From an uncultured Verrucomicrobiae bacterium (lineage in GTDB: Bacteria; Verrucomicrobiota; Verrucomicrobiia; Chthoniobacterales; UBA10450): 64,000 bases of DNA. The stretch spans positions 35,898 to 99,897 of the forward strand of contig CAWDGJ010000009.1 in the NCBI GenBank assembly GCA_963801815.1, in the 5' to 3' direction. Below are positions 19,781 to 29,711 of the stretch, piece after piece (the first letter of the stretch is position 1; every line of letters begins with the position of its first letter). Position numbers and translations under genes: made by a program. A model generated the notes under the pieces. It was not told the origin of the DNA. It made no database searches and saw only the letters and a program-made list of their open reading frames with translations.

Positions 19781-20824
19781 TTAGAAGATAATAACGGTGT
19801 TCCCGACGCTAACGAGGTCTTTCAAACGAATGACATCCCAGTTGGCGACGCGAATGCAACCGTGACTGGCGGCACGGCCTATCGTTTCCGGATTGTTCGT
19901 ACCGTGGATCCCAATTCCCGGTTTATCCAGGCCCATCCAAACCACTCCCACCAGATTGTTCGGGCCCGGCGGAAGGTTGTAATACTCGTCACTCCGAACG
20001 CCGTAGTTGAGCATCGCTTCGTCGTAACGAAACCATGGCCACGTTGCAGCGCCGACGATTTTCCAGGTGCCGATCGGCGCCGGCAATGTGGTCGAGCCCG
20101 GCGTGATCGGAAACACACAAACCAGCTGATTGTTCTCGAAGACCTCAAGCAAGCGCTCGGTCGTATCGACATAAATTTTCCGCGTCGCGAACGCCTTGTT
20201 CGGCTTTAGCTGCGCTTCCTTCACCTTCTCGATCTCGAACGGCAAGACGTTCGGAACTTTCAGCTCGTCGCCAACCTCGAGATGATCGCAGTCCAGGTCG
20301 CGGTCACGATTAATTTTGCGAATGTAATCCTCGGCCGAGTGAAATCGTTCCGCGACGAATTCGAGCAACGAGGTGTAGGGCAGAAACTTCAGTTTTGCCT
20401 GACTCGGATGATCGGATGGCAACTCGCCCACGTAGGCAAGGTCGTCGCCCTTAATCGTGTAAGTGGTGAACGTCTGGGGCACCTGGTCGAGCATCCATTG
20501 ATCGATTACCCCCGTCTCGCGCTGAGCTCCCGCGTGCTTGAATGAGATGAGCGCTTTTCGGAAAAACTCGCCCATTCTTCCGTCGATCTTTCCCGGCCCG
20601 AAATCGTTGTTATCGAGAAAAATTTGGAGACGCGTCGCGGTTTCTTCGTCGTAGTTCGGCAAGGCGACGAAAACCTTGGGTGTCGGCTTTGGGGTCGCCG
20701 CCGGGGCCGGTCCCGGCGCGGATTCACGATAGGGAACGGCACGGACCGGCTGCTGTGGCGGCGGCGCTCCGATAGCGCGCACAATCAACAACGAACAAAT
20801 CGCACAGCCCAACAACCGTTTCAT
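19781..20824 (-). CDS. L,D-transpeptidase (YkuD family)
   Basis: signal peptide; PGKIDG peptidoglycan-binding-like motif; PGPNN, GIHGT, SHGCIR. Confidence 0.88.
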   Translation of the reverse strand: MKRLLGCAICSLLIVRAIGAPPPQQPVRAVPYRESAPGPAPAATPKPTPKVFVALPNYDEETATRLQIFLDNNDFGPGKIDGRMGEFFRKALISFKHAGAQRETGVIDQWMLDQVPQTFTTYTIKGDDLAYVGELPSDHPSQAKLKFLPYTSLLEFVAERFHSAEDYIRKINRDRDLDCDHLEVGDELKVPNVLPFEIEKVKEAQLKPNKAFATRKIYVDTTERLLEVFENNQLVCVFPITPGSTTLPAPIGTWKIVGAATWPWFRYDEAMLNYGVRSDEYYNLPPGPNNLVGVVWMGLDKPGIGIHGTNNPETIGRAASHGCIRVANWDVIRLKDLVSVGNTVIIF

Positions 20825-20920
20825 CGGCGAAAGTTATGCGCTGGGGAGCGCCTTTGCGCAACTTGGTAGATTTTTACAATCGATCACGCGCTTGACGGCG
20901 GCGATTCGAATTGAGTTTCT

Positions 20921-21592
20921 ATGTTCATGCCGGATTCGATTTTCGTAACAGGCGGTACAGGCTACATCGGCTCACGACTGATTCCGTTACTCCGAAAGCG
21001 CGGTTTTGACGTGAAAGCGCTCGTCCGGGCCGGGTCGGAGAAAAAATTACCCGTGGGGGCCACCGGTGTGATTGGCGACGCGCTGCGAATCGATTCCTAT
21101 ACCGAGCAAGTTCGCGGCGCCGGCACGTTTGTCCATTTGATCGGCGTCCCGCATCCAAGCCCCGCCAAGGCAAAACAATTCCACGAGATCGACCTTGTTT
21201 CGATCAAAGTTGCGATCAAAGCGGCGCGCGATGCCGGCGTTGAGCATTTTGTTTATCTCAGCGTGGCGCACCCGGCACCGGCAATGAAAGAGTTCATCGC
21301 GGTGCGGAGCGCTGGGGAGCAGATGATCCGCGAGAGTGGGATTCAAGCAACATTCGTGAGGCCATGGTACGTGCTTGGACCCGGGCACCGCTGGCCTTAC
21401 GCGATCCTTCCGGTCTATTGGATTCTCGAGAAATTGCCGAACACGAAAGACTCCGCGGAGCGTCTGGGCCTGATCACGATCGACCAAATGCTGAGCGCGC
21501 TCCTCTGGTCGATCGAAAATCCGCCAAGCGGCGTGCAGATTGTCGATGTTCCGAAAATTCGCGAGATCAGCCGGACTTTGACAAGGCACTGA
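20921..21592 (+). CDS. NAD(P)-binding (epimerase/NmrA-like) protein
   Basis: VTGGTGYIG Rossmann motif; FVYLS; RPWYVLG. Confidence 0.8.
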   Translation: MFMPDSIFVTGGTGYIGSRLIPLLRKRGFDVKALVRAGSEKKLPVGATGVIGDALRIDSYTEQVRGAGTFVHLIGVPHPSPAKAKQFHEIDLVSIKVAIKAARDAGVEHFVYLSVAHPAPAMKEFIAVRSAGEQMIRESGIQATFVRPWYVLGPGHRWPYAILPVYWILEKLPNTKDSAERLGLITIDQMLSALLWSIENPPSGVQIVDVPKIREISRTLTRH

Positions 21593-21725
21593 ACAGAATA
21601 AAAGCCCCGGCGACTAGTCCGACCAGATAAAGCAGAAAGATGAACGGACCAAGGTTCAGTCCGAATCCGAGCAGACTGTCAACAATGAGATAAAGCGCGA
21701 GCAGGATCATTCCGATTTTCTTCAT
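21567..21725 (-). CDS. 52 aa two-helix small membrane protein (absent from ORF track)
   Basis: translates MKKIGMILLALYLIVDSLLGFGLNLGPFIFLLYLVGLVAGAFILFSALSKSG; paralogous to 25715..25864. Confidence 0.7.
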   Translation of the reverse strand: MKKIGMILLALYLIVDSLLGFGLNLGPFIFLLYLVGLVAGAFILFSALSKSG

Positions 21726-21772
21726 GCCGTGCAGTATTTTGTTATTCTGACCGAAGTCGAGGATCTTCGATC

Positions 21773-21903
21773 AAATTCGAAGCTCGAAATCCGACAATGT
21801 TCAAAATCGAATGCTAAAGCTAAATTAGCGAGACCGTTTTGAATTTTGTCCTTCTTTGATTCGGGCTTGTTTCGAGATTCGAAATTCGGGTTTCGAATTT
21901 CGC
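21773..21903. repeat. ORF-less copy of the inverted-repeat element that flanks the four-helix-bundle gene
   Basis: tttgattcgggcttgtttcg (21855-21874) matches 19735-19754 at 19/20; arms are self-complementary. Confidence 0.7.
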
Positions 21904-21912
21904 ATCTAGGTG

Positions 21913-22029
21913 CTACAGCGTCTTTAGATACTCGATCAGGTCGCGCTTCTCGTCGTCGGACAATTTCGTGCCGTAATCGTGTCCGGAATCTGAATTGCCG
22001 CTCGTACTCGTGTCGAGCACGTAAGCGCC
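21913..22029 (-). pseudogene. 3' remnant of a c-type cytochrome (RoxA / di-heme peroxidase-like C-terminus)
   Basis: reads GAYVLDTSTSGNSDSGHDYGTKLSDDEKRDLIEYLKTL* with no start codon of its own. Confidence 0.7.
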
Positions 22030-22641
22030 TTATCGGGACACGTTTGAAATTTCAACGCGAATCAGACCGGTTGCGCCAGGCCGCGTCATGAATGCTTCAA
22101 CCCACCCATCGTTACGGTAAAAGTATTGCTCGTAGCGCCACAGTATTTCCAGTTTCGCCCCGTCGGGTTTTTTCCAAGTGAGCTTCTGATAAATGTATCG
22201 TTTCCATTTCGGCGAATTGCCGGTCATGAAATTGACCTCGAAAAAGTTCGGCCATGCCAGGGCACTGTGTTCGATCGAAATCGTCGCGTTGTCGCCACTC
22301 GGAACATTCGCAGCAAGCTTCTCGTCTTGCGACAACACCGGCCCGAAGGGGAAAGCTTTCTCGCGAAACGACAATGCAAGCTCTCCGTCCTTGGTCGTGC
22401 CCACATTTGGCTTCGATCCGCTTAACGCGATATCGTCGAGGGTTAGATCAATATCTGCAACGTGCAGGTTTCCGCCGGTTCCACTGCCTTCGTAAGTCAT
22501 CCCACTAATGGGCCGCGAACTGGTTTTGATTGTCTTGAACTTATCGACCAGCGTCGCCAGATCGCGCGCTCGCCAATACCACAAAACCGCGAGCACGGCG
22601 ATGATCAGGAGCGCGACTAAAATCTTGCGCATGATCTGCAA
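22030..22641 (-). CDS. hypothetical membrane-anchored protein
   Basis: 203 aa ORF with an N-terminal hydrophobic helix. Confidence 0.65.
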   Translation of the reverse strand: MQIMRKILVALLIIAVLAVLWYWRARDLATLVDKFKTIKTSSRPISGMTYEGSGTGGNLHVADIDLTLDDIALSGSKPNVGTTKDGELALSFREKAFPFGPVLSQDEKLAANVPSGDNATISIEHSALAWPNFFEVNFMTGNSPKWKRYIYQKLTWKKPDGAKLEILWRYEQYFYRNDGWVEAFMTRPGATGLIRVEISNVSR

Positions 22642-22719
22642 CTATAAGCCACAGATGGACACAGATTGTCACAGATTTTCTTATCGGTGTTTCATCCGTG
22701 TTAATCAGTGACTAGAGTA

Positions 22720-24543
22720 TTATGTCTTCTTCTTCGCGATGTAGTCGTTGATCTGCTCCTCGAGAATCTCGAGCGGCAACCCTCCGTTCTTCAAAACGTT
22801 GTCGTCAAATTCGCGCTCGTCGAACTTGTTGCCGAGCTCTTGTTGGGCGCGGGCCCGTAGCTCCTGGATCTTCAGCATTCCAACCTTGTAGGCGCACGCC
22901 TGTCCTGGATTGACGATGTAACGCTCGATTTCCGCCTTCACTTCCTTTTCACCCATGCCGGTCTTGTCGCGCATGAAAGTGATCGCTTGTTCGCGAGTCC
23001 AATGTTTGGCGTGAATTCCAGTGTCCACCACCAACCGGACTGCGCGGAAAAGTTCGTCGCGCAGCCGGCCGAGGTCGCCGAACTGGTCGTCTTTATACCA
23101 ACCGGCTTGTTTGGCCAGCCACTCGGCATAAAGGGCCCAGCCTTCAGCGTAAGCGGTGAACGGAAGAACTTTTCTAAATTGCGGAACGCCTTTGAGTTCC
23201 TGCGCGATAGAGATTTGCCAGTGATGCCCAGGTACCCCTTCATGATAGGAGAGCGTCGGCATGCTCCACTTCGGGACCTCGTTCATGTCGCGGAGGTTCG
23301 CGTAAAAGATTCCCGGGCGTGAACCGTCCATCGCGCCGCCCTGATAATATGCGCCGGGCGCGGTCGCTTCCTTGAACGTTTCGACCCGGCGAATTTCGAT
23401 CTGTGCTTTCGGCGCGAGGTAGAAAAGGTGTGCCTTCGATTCCGCGACGGCGTTGTCGATCAAACGCTTGTATTCGGCGAGCGCCTCCGTTCGGCCTTTG
23501 TCGTCATTGGAATAGAGAAAGCGCGGGTCTTTGCCGAGTTTGTCCATCGACGCGCCGATCGGCTGACCAGCGAAACCGTTTGCATCGAGAATCGTGCGCA
23601 TCTCGCCCTCAATCCTCGTGATCTCGCGCAAACCGAGCTCATGCACTTGGTTCGGCGGCATGTTTGTAGTCGTATTCGATTTCAGCGTATACGCATAAAA
23701 CGCGTCACCATCCGGCAACTTCCAAACCCCATCATCGGTCGTCGTTTTTGGCAGAAGCTCCTGGAAATACGCGATCAACTTTTGATACGCGGGATAAACA
23801 TGGGTTGTGATGGAGGCTTCGACGCGTTTCTGAAAATCCGCGCGCTGTTGATCATTCAACTTGTCGATCTTCGCTGCGCGTTCCTTGAACGACGTCGCGA
23901 GGATGTTCTCCGCGGGCGGTTTCGCGATGAAGTCCGTCATTTCCTTGAGCACTTCTTCGACGACAAAGCGCGGCGGGATGATTTTTTCCTGCTCGCGCTT
24001 TTTCACGCTTTGGAGCGTCTGGTCGAACTTCGTCGGCAACGCGTCGAGCCGCATGATGTAATACTCACAATCGCGCGCGTTGAACAGCCGGTGGGTGTTC
24101 GCCATGAAGGACGGATACTGGTTCTGCACCCCGAAAAGCTGATTGACCGGATAGTCGTAATCCTGCCACTTCTCGCCATCGACCTGGTCCTGTAAAAACC
24201 ATTCGAGCACGTGCGTGGAAAGCTTCTGCGACGGCGTTTGCTTATCCAGCGGATATTCGTGCAGCTGCTGGAGATCTTTTTTCCACCGGTCGATCTGCAA
24301 TTGCTGGTGGGCGGGCGATTCATCGCTCAACTTGCCGTTGTGGCTGGTAAAACCGAATTGTTCGACTAGCCCGAGTTGTGACAGCAGCTCCGGCTCGCCG
24401 AAAATCGTTTCGGCAAAAACTTTCTCGTAAAAGAGGTTGAGGCTCCACGGCCGGAACCAGATCAGATTGATGAGGAAAACCGCGATGACGACGACCAGGA
24501 CCAGGATGATGGAAAAGGACCATTTGAGGATGCGTTTAAACAT
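22720..24543 (-). CDS. DUF885 family protein
   Basis: HEGVPGHH, EGWALYAE, RAVRLVVDTGIH, PGQACAYKVG. Confidence 0.9.
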   Translation of the reverse strand: MFKRILKWSFSIILVLVVVIAVFLINLIWFRPWSLNLFYEKVFAETIFGEPELLSQLGLVEQFGFTSHNGKLSDESPAHQQLQIDRWKKDLQQLHEYPLDKQTPSQKLSTHVLEWFLQDQVDGEKWQDYDYPVNQLFGVQNQYPSFMANTHRLFNARDCEYYIMRLDALPTKFDQTLQSVKKREQEKIIPPRFVVEEVLKEMTDFIAKPPAENILATSFKERAAKIDKLNDQQRADFQKRVEASITTHVYPAYQKLIAYFQELLPKTTTDDGVWKLPDGDAFYAYTLKSNTTTNMPPNQVHELGLREITRIEGEMRTILDANGFAGQPIGASMDKLGKDPRFLYSNDDKGRTEALAEYKRLIDNAVAESKAHLFYLAPKAQIEIRRVETFKEATAPGAYYQGGAMDGSRPGIFYANLRDMNEVPKWSMPTLSYHEGVPGHHWQISIAQELKGVPQFRKVLPFTAYAEGWALYAEWLAKQAGWYKDDQFGDLGRLRDELFRAVRLVVDTGIHAKHWTREQAITFMRDKTGMGEKEVKAEIERYIVNPGQACAYKVGMLKIQELRARAQQELGNKFDEREFDDNVLKNGGLPLEILEEQINDYIAKKKT

Positions 24544-24736
24544 AGGACTCCTTAGAATTGAGATGCGGCTGCAAGCCTTGTGGACTCAGAATAGTTACTC
24601 GGCGACAGCAGCCCAGCGTTTTATAGCGCCCAATGCCGATTCGCAACCGAAATAGCCCAGCGTTTTAACGCTGGGTAGAAGCTGTCGACTCAGTCCCATT
24701 TGCCTCGACGCCATCTGTAACAGACACTTTTACTAA

Positions 24737-25612
24737 ATGAGAAGGTCATCGCGACGTCACGTTGCCATTCGATCGGGGCAGGTCGAGTTCGTGAAGGTCA
24801 ACACCGACGCGGGTAGGTGGCGCGACGTTTACCGCTGGCTCCTCGGCCTAAGCTGGCCACAGTTCGCCGGCTTCGTCGCGGTTATTTACGTCGCTCTCAA
24901 TCTGGTCTTCGCGGTCTTCTACAGCCTCGATCGCAATAGCGTCGGCGGGGCGACAATGGCGGAATGGTTTTTGGATTGTTTTTTCTTCAGCGTTCAAACT
25001 CTGGCCACTGTTGGTTACGGCCATATATATCCGCAAGACATCTACGGTCACATTGTAAGCACCGTCGAAATCATGACGGGCCTTTTCTTGTTGGCGGTGA
25101 TGACCGGTCTCATCTTCGTCCGCTTTTCGCGACCGGTCGCGCGGGTTGTATTCAGCAGATCGATGGTCGTCGGCCCGTTGAACGGCAAGCCAACTTTGAT
25201 GGTGCGGGTCGGCAATGAAAACCATCACAGCATGGTCGAAGCGAAGTTTCGGATCATGTACTCGCGCGACCAACAATTAGTCGAAGGCGGCGACTTCCGA
25301 TACTTTTACGATCTCAAACTGCATTTCGACCAGCTGACGGTCTTCCCCGCGGCGTTAACGCTGCGTCATGAAATCGACGAGCAGAGTCCGCTTTTTGGAG
25401 CGACTGCAGAATCGCTTGAGGCGGAACGAGCGCTCTTCTTTGTGTCGGTCGTCGGAATCGACCCGGTCATTGCGGCCGAAGTGCAAACGCAAAAGGATTA
25501 TACTTTTCGCGACATCCGGTTAGGCCACCGGTTCGTGGAAATTTACACTCAACACGGCGGCGGCAAGCTGACCGTGGATTACGGCCGCCTGCACGACATT
25601 GAGCCAGTCTGA
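24737..25612 (+). CDS. inward-rectifier potassium channel (KirBac-like)
   Basis: FFSVQTLATVGYG selectivity filter; RFSRP; HEIDEQSPL cytoplasmic domain. Confidence 0.9.
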   Translation: MRRSSRRHVAIRSGQVEFVKVNTDAGRWRDVYRWLLGLSWPQFAGFVAVIYVALNLVFAVFYSLDRNSVGGATMAEWFLDCFFFSVQTLATVGYGHIYPQDIYGHIVSTVEIMTGLFLLAVMTGLIFVRFSRPVARVVFSRSMVVGPLNGKPTLMVRVGNENHHSMVEAKFRIMYSRDQQLVEGGDFRYFYDLKLHFDQLTVFPAALTLRHEIDEQSPLFGATAESLEAERALFFVSVVGIDPVIAAEVQTQKDYTFRDIRLGHRFVEIYTQHGGGKLTVDYGRLHDIEPV

Positions 25613-25620
25613 AGACTGAC

Positions 25621-26024
25621 TAACCACGGATGACACGGATAGCACAGACAGGTCTGTGCCCATTTTTCTTATCCGTTAAATCCGCGTAATCGGTGGTTTC
25701 CGTTCTCCCGCTGCCTATTTGCCGATCAGGATGAAAACGCCAGCGAGGATCGCCAGGATTCCCATCAGCACGCCGGGAATCACGATTGCGAACAACATCC
25801 CAATACCCGCCAGAATCAGATAGATCGCCAGCAACAGCATTCCGATATTTTTGGTGAAGTTCATGAATGAGCCTTTCGTTAGGTGAGGTTGTCGATCTTT
25901 CACGGCGCGACGCGAATGTCACGACCAAAAACGGACTAACCACGGATTACGCGGATGTCGGTGATATTCCCGTTACCGTCTTGACCTAGTTCTTTAATCC
26001 GTGTCATCCGCGATATCCGCGGTT
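25621..26024. repeat. two CACGGAT/ATCCGTG-type palindromic elements (25621-25698, 25937-26024)
   Basis: both begin taaccacggat and end ...atc(c/g)g(c/t)ggtt; a related element lies at ~22647-22711. Confidence 0.65.
25715..25864 (-). CDS. 49 aa small membrane protein
   Basis: MNFTKNIGMLLLAIYLILAGIGMLFAIVIPGVLMGILAILAGVFILIGK. Confidence 0.75.
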   Translation of the reverse strand: MNFTKNIGMLLLAIYLILAGIGMLFAIVIPGVLMGILAILAGVFILIGK

Positions 26025-26066
26025 TCTGTTGTTCGCCTCATTCAAACTTTTTGTTATACCCACGTT

Positions 26067-26726
26067 GTGTCGAACCAACATGATCACATCGACAAGCCAG
26101 AGCCGCGGTGGCAGGCAGTCCTCGCATTTGTTGCAATCGGCGCGATTTATCTCGCGCTGCCGAGCAATCTCGTCTTCGGCCCGATCTGGTTCCTGCCAAC
26201 ATTGATCGGGGTGCTGATCATTCCCACGGTGATGACTCATAGAACGGGAAACCGTTCGCTGAACCGCCTGTTGGGAATCGTCATTAACGGCATCACGACG
26301 ATTGCGCTGATCGGTTCGGTTGCGTTGTTGGTACGTGCGCTGCCGTCGCACAGGGAATCGCCTCTTCGCCTGTTGTTTTCCGGCGGATTGCTCTGGCTTA
26401 CCAACGTAATCGTTTTCGCACTTTGGTATTGGCGACTGGACGGCGGTGGACCAACGGTGCGACACGAAAGAAAAGAATTCGGCAGCACAAGTTTCTTGTT
26501 TCCCCAGATGCAAGTCCCGCACGACGAGCGAGCGCAATTCGAATGCGCGCGTTGGCGGCCGCGGTTTGTCGATTATTTCTTCGTCGCATTTACCCAGAGT
26601 TCGACCTTTGGTCCGACCGACGCGCCACTGCTTGCGCGCTGGGCGAAAATTCTTTCCATGATACAAATCTCGATCTCACTCAGCATCGTCATCCTACTTA
26701 TCTCTCGCGCCGTCGGCGTTCTCTAA
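26067..26726 (+). CDS. DUF1345-like membrane protein
   Basis: WLTNVIVFALWYWRLDGGGP, FLFPQM, P.FVDY....FT.S..F.PTD. Confidence 0.7.
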   Translation: MSNQHDHIDKPEPRWQAVLAFVAIGAIYLALPSNLVFGPIWFLPTLIGVLIIPTVMTHRTGNRSLNRLLGIVINGITTIALIGSVALLVRALPSHRESPLRLLFSGGLLWLTNVIVFALWYWRLDGGGPTVRHERKEFGSTSFLFPQMQVPHDERAQFECARWRPRFVDYFFVAFTQSSTFGPTDAPLLARWAKILSMIQISISLSIVILLISRAVGVL

Positions 26727-26841
26727 ACAAAAAATTAAATTAGGAAAGCAGGAACTCAGGAAACATCTTGGTTCAGAAACTCAGAATTCCGTTCGTATTT
26801 TCTTTTCCCGCTTTCCTGGATTCCTGATTAAATTCTCTCGG

Positions 26842-27540
26842 ATGAATCTTTGGGTCGGAACGTCCGGTTTTCAGTACGCCGAATGGAAGGGCAATTTTTA
26901 TCCCGAGGATCTGTCCACCGCGAAGATGCTGCCGTATTACGCCGAGCGATTCTCAACCACCGAGATTAATTACACGTTCCATCGTATCCCCGCCCCAAAG
27001 ACGATCGATAACTGGAAAGCGCAAACTCCCGACAAGTTCCGATTTGCGCTGAAAGCGCCGCAAAAGATCACCCATTGGTCGAAACTGAAGGATTGCGCCG
27101 ACACCCTGGAATATTTCTGCAAAGTCGCGAGCGGATTGGGGGAGCGCCTCGGCCCAGTGCTGTTTCAACTTCCGCCGACGTTCAAGAAGGATGCCGACGT
27201 GTTGAGCTCGTTTCTTCGCGAATTCCCCGATATGCGGGCCGCGTTTGAGTTCCGTCACGATTCCTGGTTCGACGACGAAATCTTCGATCTGCTGAAGTCG
27301 CGCAACATTTCGTTATGCATCGCCGACACCGACGATCTCGCCACTCCAAAGAAAATTACCGCTAATTACGGTTATCTCCGGCTTCGCCGTGAAGATTATC
27401 AAAAAAAGGATGTCGAAAGCTGGTCGAAGTTCGTCGCCCAACAAAAAGCGAATTGGAAAGACGCTTTCGTTTACTTCAAGCACGAAGAGAGCGGCACCGG
27501 ACCGAAGCTGGCCAAGCAATTGATGGATTTGCTGGCATAA
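26842..27540 (+). CDS. DUF72 family protein
   Basis: VGTSGFQY..WKG.FYP, EINYTFH, KAPQKITH, LFQLPP, EFRHDSW. Confidence 0.88.
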   Translation: MNLWVGTSGFQYAEWKGNFYPEDLSTAKMLPYYAERFSTTEINYTFHRIPAPKTIDNWKAQTPDKFRFALKAPQKITHWSKLKDCADTLEYFCKVASGLGERLGPVLFQLPPTFKKDADVLSSFLREFPDMRAAFEFRHDSWFDDEIFDLLKSRNISLCIADTDDLATPKKITANYGYLRLRREDYQKKDVESWSKFVAQQKANWKDAFVYFKHEESGTGPKLAKQLMDLLA

Positions 27541-27559
27541 GCGGGAGAACTTTGGCGAA

Positions 27560-28114
27560 ATGCCCTTCATGAAAGCTCCCAGACAATTTCTCTGCCTGGC
27601 CCTCCTGCTAGTCGTTCCGCAACTGGCTTCAGCCGCAGGCCTGCCGCCATGGCAGTTCGGCATGACCAAGGAACAGGTAGCGAGTTTCAACCAGTTCGGC
27701 CCGTACAAGAGCTTCTCAAACGGAGATCTCGAAACCTACAACGGGATCTACCGCGGTAAAAAACACAACGTTCAGTTCTATTTTCAAAACAACCGGCTGG
27801 TTAAGATCATGGTTTCATTTGGTGAAGGGACGAGCCGCGAGAAGGCTATCCAGACCTTTCGGCAAGTGTACGGCGTCTTGGAAAAGATTTACGGAAAAGT
27901 AGTTATCCCTGAGGTTAGTGTCGGAAAAGGAAGTCAGCCTGTGAATGCCGAGGTTCTGGCGATTGGAGCGGCAGCGAATGCTTCAGTAACCGGCTACACT
28001 CATATCAACCCGGTAAATCAGCCGCGAGATATGCATGTTTGGGGAACGATCGCCAGCAAAGTGATCGGCAACGAGAGATGGTATTACGTTTCGATCATGT
28101 TTGAACCGATTTAG
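27560..28114 (+). CDS. hypothetical secreted protein
   Basis: 184 aa; signal peptide; WQFGMTKEQV. Confidence 0.6.
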   Translation: MPFMKAPRQFLCLALLLVVPQLASAAGLPPWQFGMTKEQVASFNQFGPYKSFSNGDLETYNGIYRGKKHNVQFYFQNNRLVKIMVSFGEGTSREKAIQTFRQVYGVLEKIYGKVVIPEVSVGKGSQPVNAEVLAIGAAANASVTGYTHINPVNQPRDMHVWGTIASKVIGNERWYYVSIMFEPI

Positions 28115-28119
28115 CGAGC

Positions 28120-28758
28120 GTGTCCGTTTACGCGCCAACTTCGCGAAGACCGATTGCGGGAATATTCCGACGAACGGCGGACGCCCCGACGCGGATTTGT
28201 GTCCAAAACGGAATCCATCCGGATGCGATTTCGTATTTGTCGATACTTGCGGCGCTGATTGCGGCGGTCTGTTTTTGGAAGTCGGGCGAGACGCCGTGGC
28301 TGCTGATTGTTGCACCGTTGTTCTGCTACCTGCGGCTCTGGTTCAACATGCTCGACGGCATGGTCGCGGTCGCGGCGAACAAGGCGAGCCGGCGAGGGGA
28401 AATCCTAAACGATCTGCCCGATCGCGTTTCCGACATCGTGATTTTCGCCGGCGTCGCGCACAGCGGCCTGATGAATCCGCTGATTGGCTACTGGGCGGCA
28501 ATCTTGGCGGTGCTCACCGCTTACGTTGGGCTTTTCGGGCAAGCGCTCGGCGGCCAACGCGAGTTTGGGGGAATGATGTCGAAGCCGTGGCGAATGGTCG
28601 CACTGAGCATCGGCACGTGGCTGACATTTCTTTTGCAGCAGGCACCCGAGCGTTTCTCTATTCTCGATTTAACATGCATTGTCGTTATCGCTGGCTGCAT
28701 TCAAACCATCGTTGTGCGCTTGAAACGAATCAGTGCCGCATTGCAAGATAAGCGGTGA
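28120..28758 (+). CDS. CDP-alcohol phosphatidyltransferase (YnbA-like)
   Basis: NMLDGMVA...G..LND..DR.SD motif. Confidence 0.85.
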   Translation: MSVYAPTSRRPIAGIFRRTADAPTRICVQNGIHPDAISYLSILAALIAAVCFWKSGETPWLLIVAPLFCYLRLWFNMLDGMVAVAANKASRRGEILNDLPDRVSDIVIFAGVAHSGLMNPLIGYWAAILAVLTAYVGLFGQALGGQREFGGMMSKPWRMVALSIGTWLTFLLQQAPERFSILDLTCIVVIAGCIQTIVVRLKRISAALQDKR

Positions 28759-29711
28759 TGTCGCCGCAGATCGCGCTGCACGATCCCGTGTTTCGTGCTT
28801 ATTTCCTGATCGTTCTGGTTTCGCTCGCGACCGGCGGTGTGGCGCTGGGTGTTTTGCGATTCGTCCTAAAAAAAGAAACCGCGTCGATGTTCAAAACCTA
28901 CCGGTCGTGGATTCTCATGGCTGGAATCGGTCTCGTGGTCGTTTTTCTGGGGCGCATTCCCACAATCGTCGGCGTCACTTTGCTCGCGATCTTCGCATTC
29001 AAGGAATTCGCGCGCGCATCCGGTTTGTATCGCGACTGGTGGATGACCGGCGCCGTTTATGCGGGAATTATGACAGTCGGAGTCGCGTCTCTCATTCCGC
29101 ATCCGCGTAGCGAAGAACCGGGCACTGGTTGGTATGGATTCTTTGTCGCAGTGCCGGTATTCGCTATTGCGCTGATTTTGCTCATTCCGATTTTGCGAAA
29201 TCGCGCCCGCGGAGAATTGCAACGAATGTCGCTGGCGATTGTCGGATTCATCTACATGGGCTGGATGTTTGGCCACCTTGGATTTCTGGCGAACGCGATC
29301 AACGCCTACGGTCTTGTTTGTTACATTATTTTTGCGACCGCGGTTTGCGACGTGGCCGCGTTCACTTTCGGAAAAATCTTCGGCCGGCATCCGTTGCGGA
29401 GCGAGATCAGCCCAAACAAAACCTGGGAAGGCGCGTTTGGCGCATTCTGCGTCGCCATGATTTTGCCCTGGTTCTTGCGGTTTTCGTTTCCGTTTTTCGG
29501 CACCCGCGAACTCATTCTTGCGGGATTGATTGTTGGAATCGGCGGGCAGCTCGGTGATCTTTCCATCAGCGTGATCAAGCGTGACATCGGCACCAAGGAC
29601 ATGGCCACAACGATTCCCGGCCACGGTGGCATTCTCGACCGGATCGACAGTTTGATTTACACCGCGCCGCTGTTCATGCACATGGCCGGCTATTATCATC
29701 CGTTGCGATGA
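28755..29711 (+). CDS. phosphatidate cytidylyltransferase (YnbB/CdsA-like)
   Basis: ISPNKTWEG, GDL..S.IKRD.G.KD, IPGHGGILDRIDSL. Confidence 0.9.
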   Translation: MMSPQIALHDPVFRAYFLIVLVSLATGGVALGVLRFVLKKETASMFKTYRSWILMAGIGLVVVFLGRIPTIVGVTLLAIFAFKEFARASGLYRDWWMTGAVYAGIMTVGVASLIPHPRSEEPGTGWYGFFVAVPVFAIALILLIPILRNRARGELQRMSLAIVGFIYMGWMFGHLGFLANAINAYGLVCYIIFATAVCDVAAFTFGKIFGRHPLRSEISPNKTWEGAFGAFCVAMILPWFLRFSFPFFGTRELILAGLIVGIGGQLGDLSISVIKRDIGTKDMATTIPGHGGILDRIDSLIYTAPLFMHMAGYYHPLR

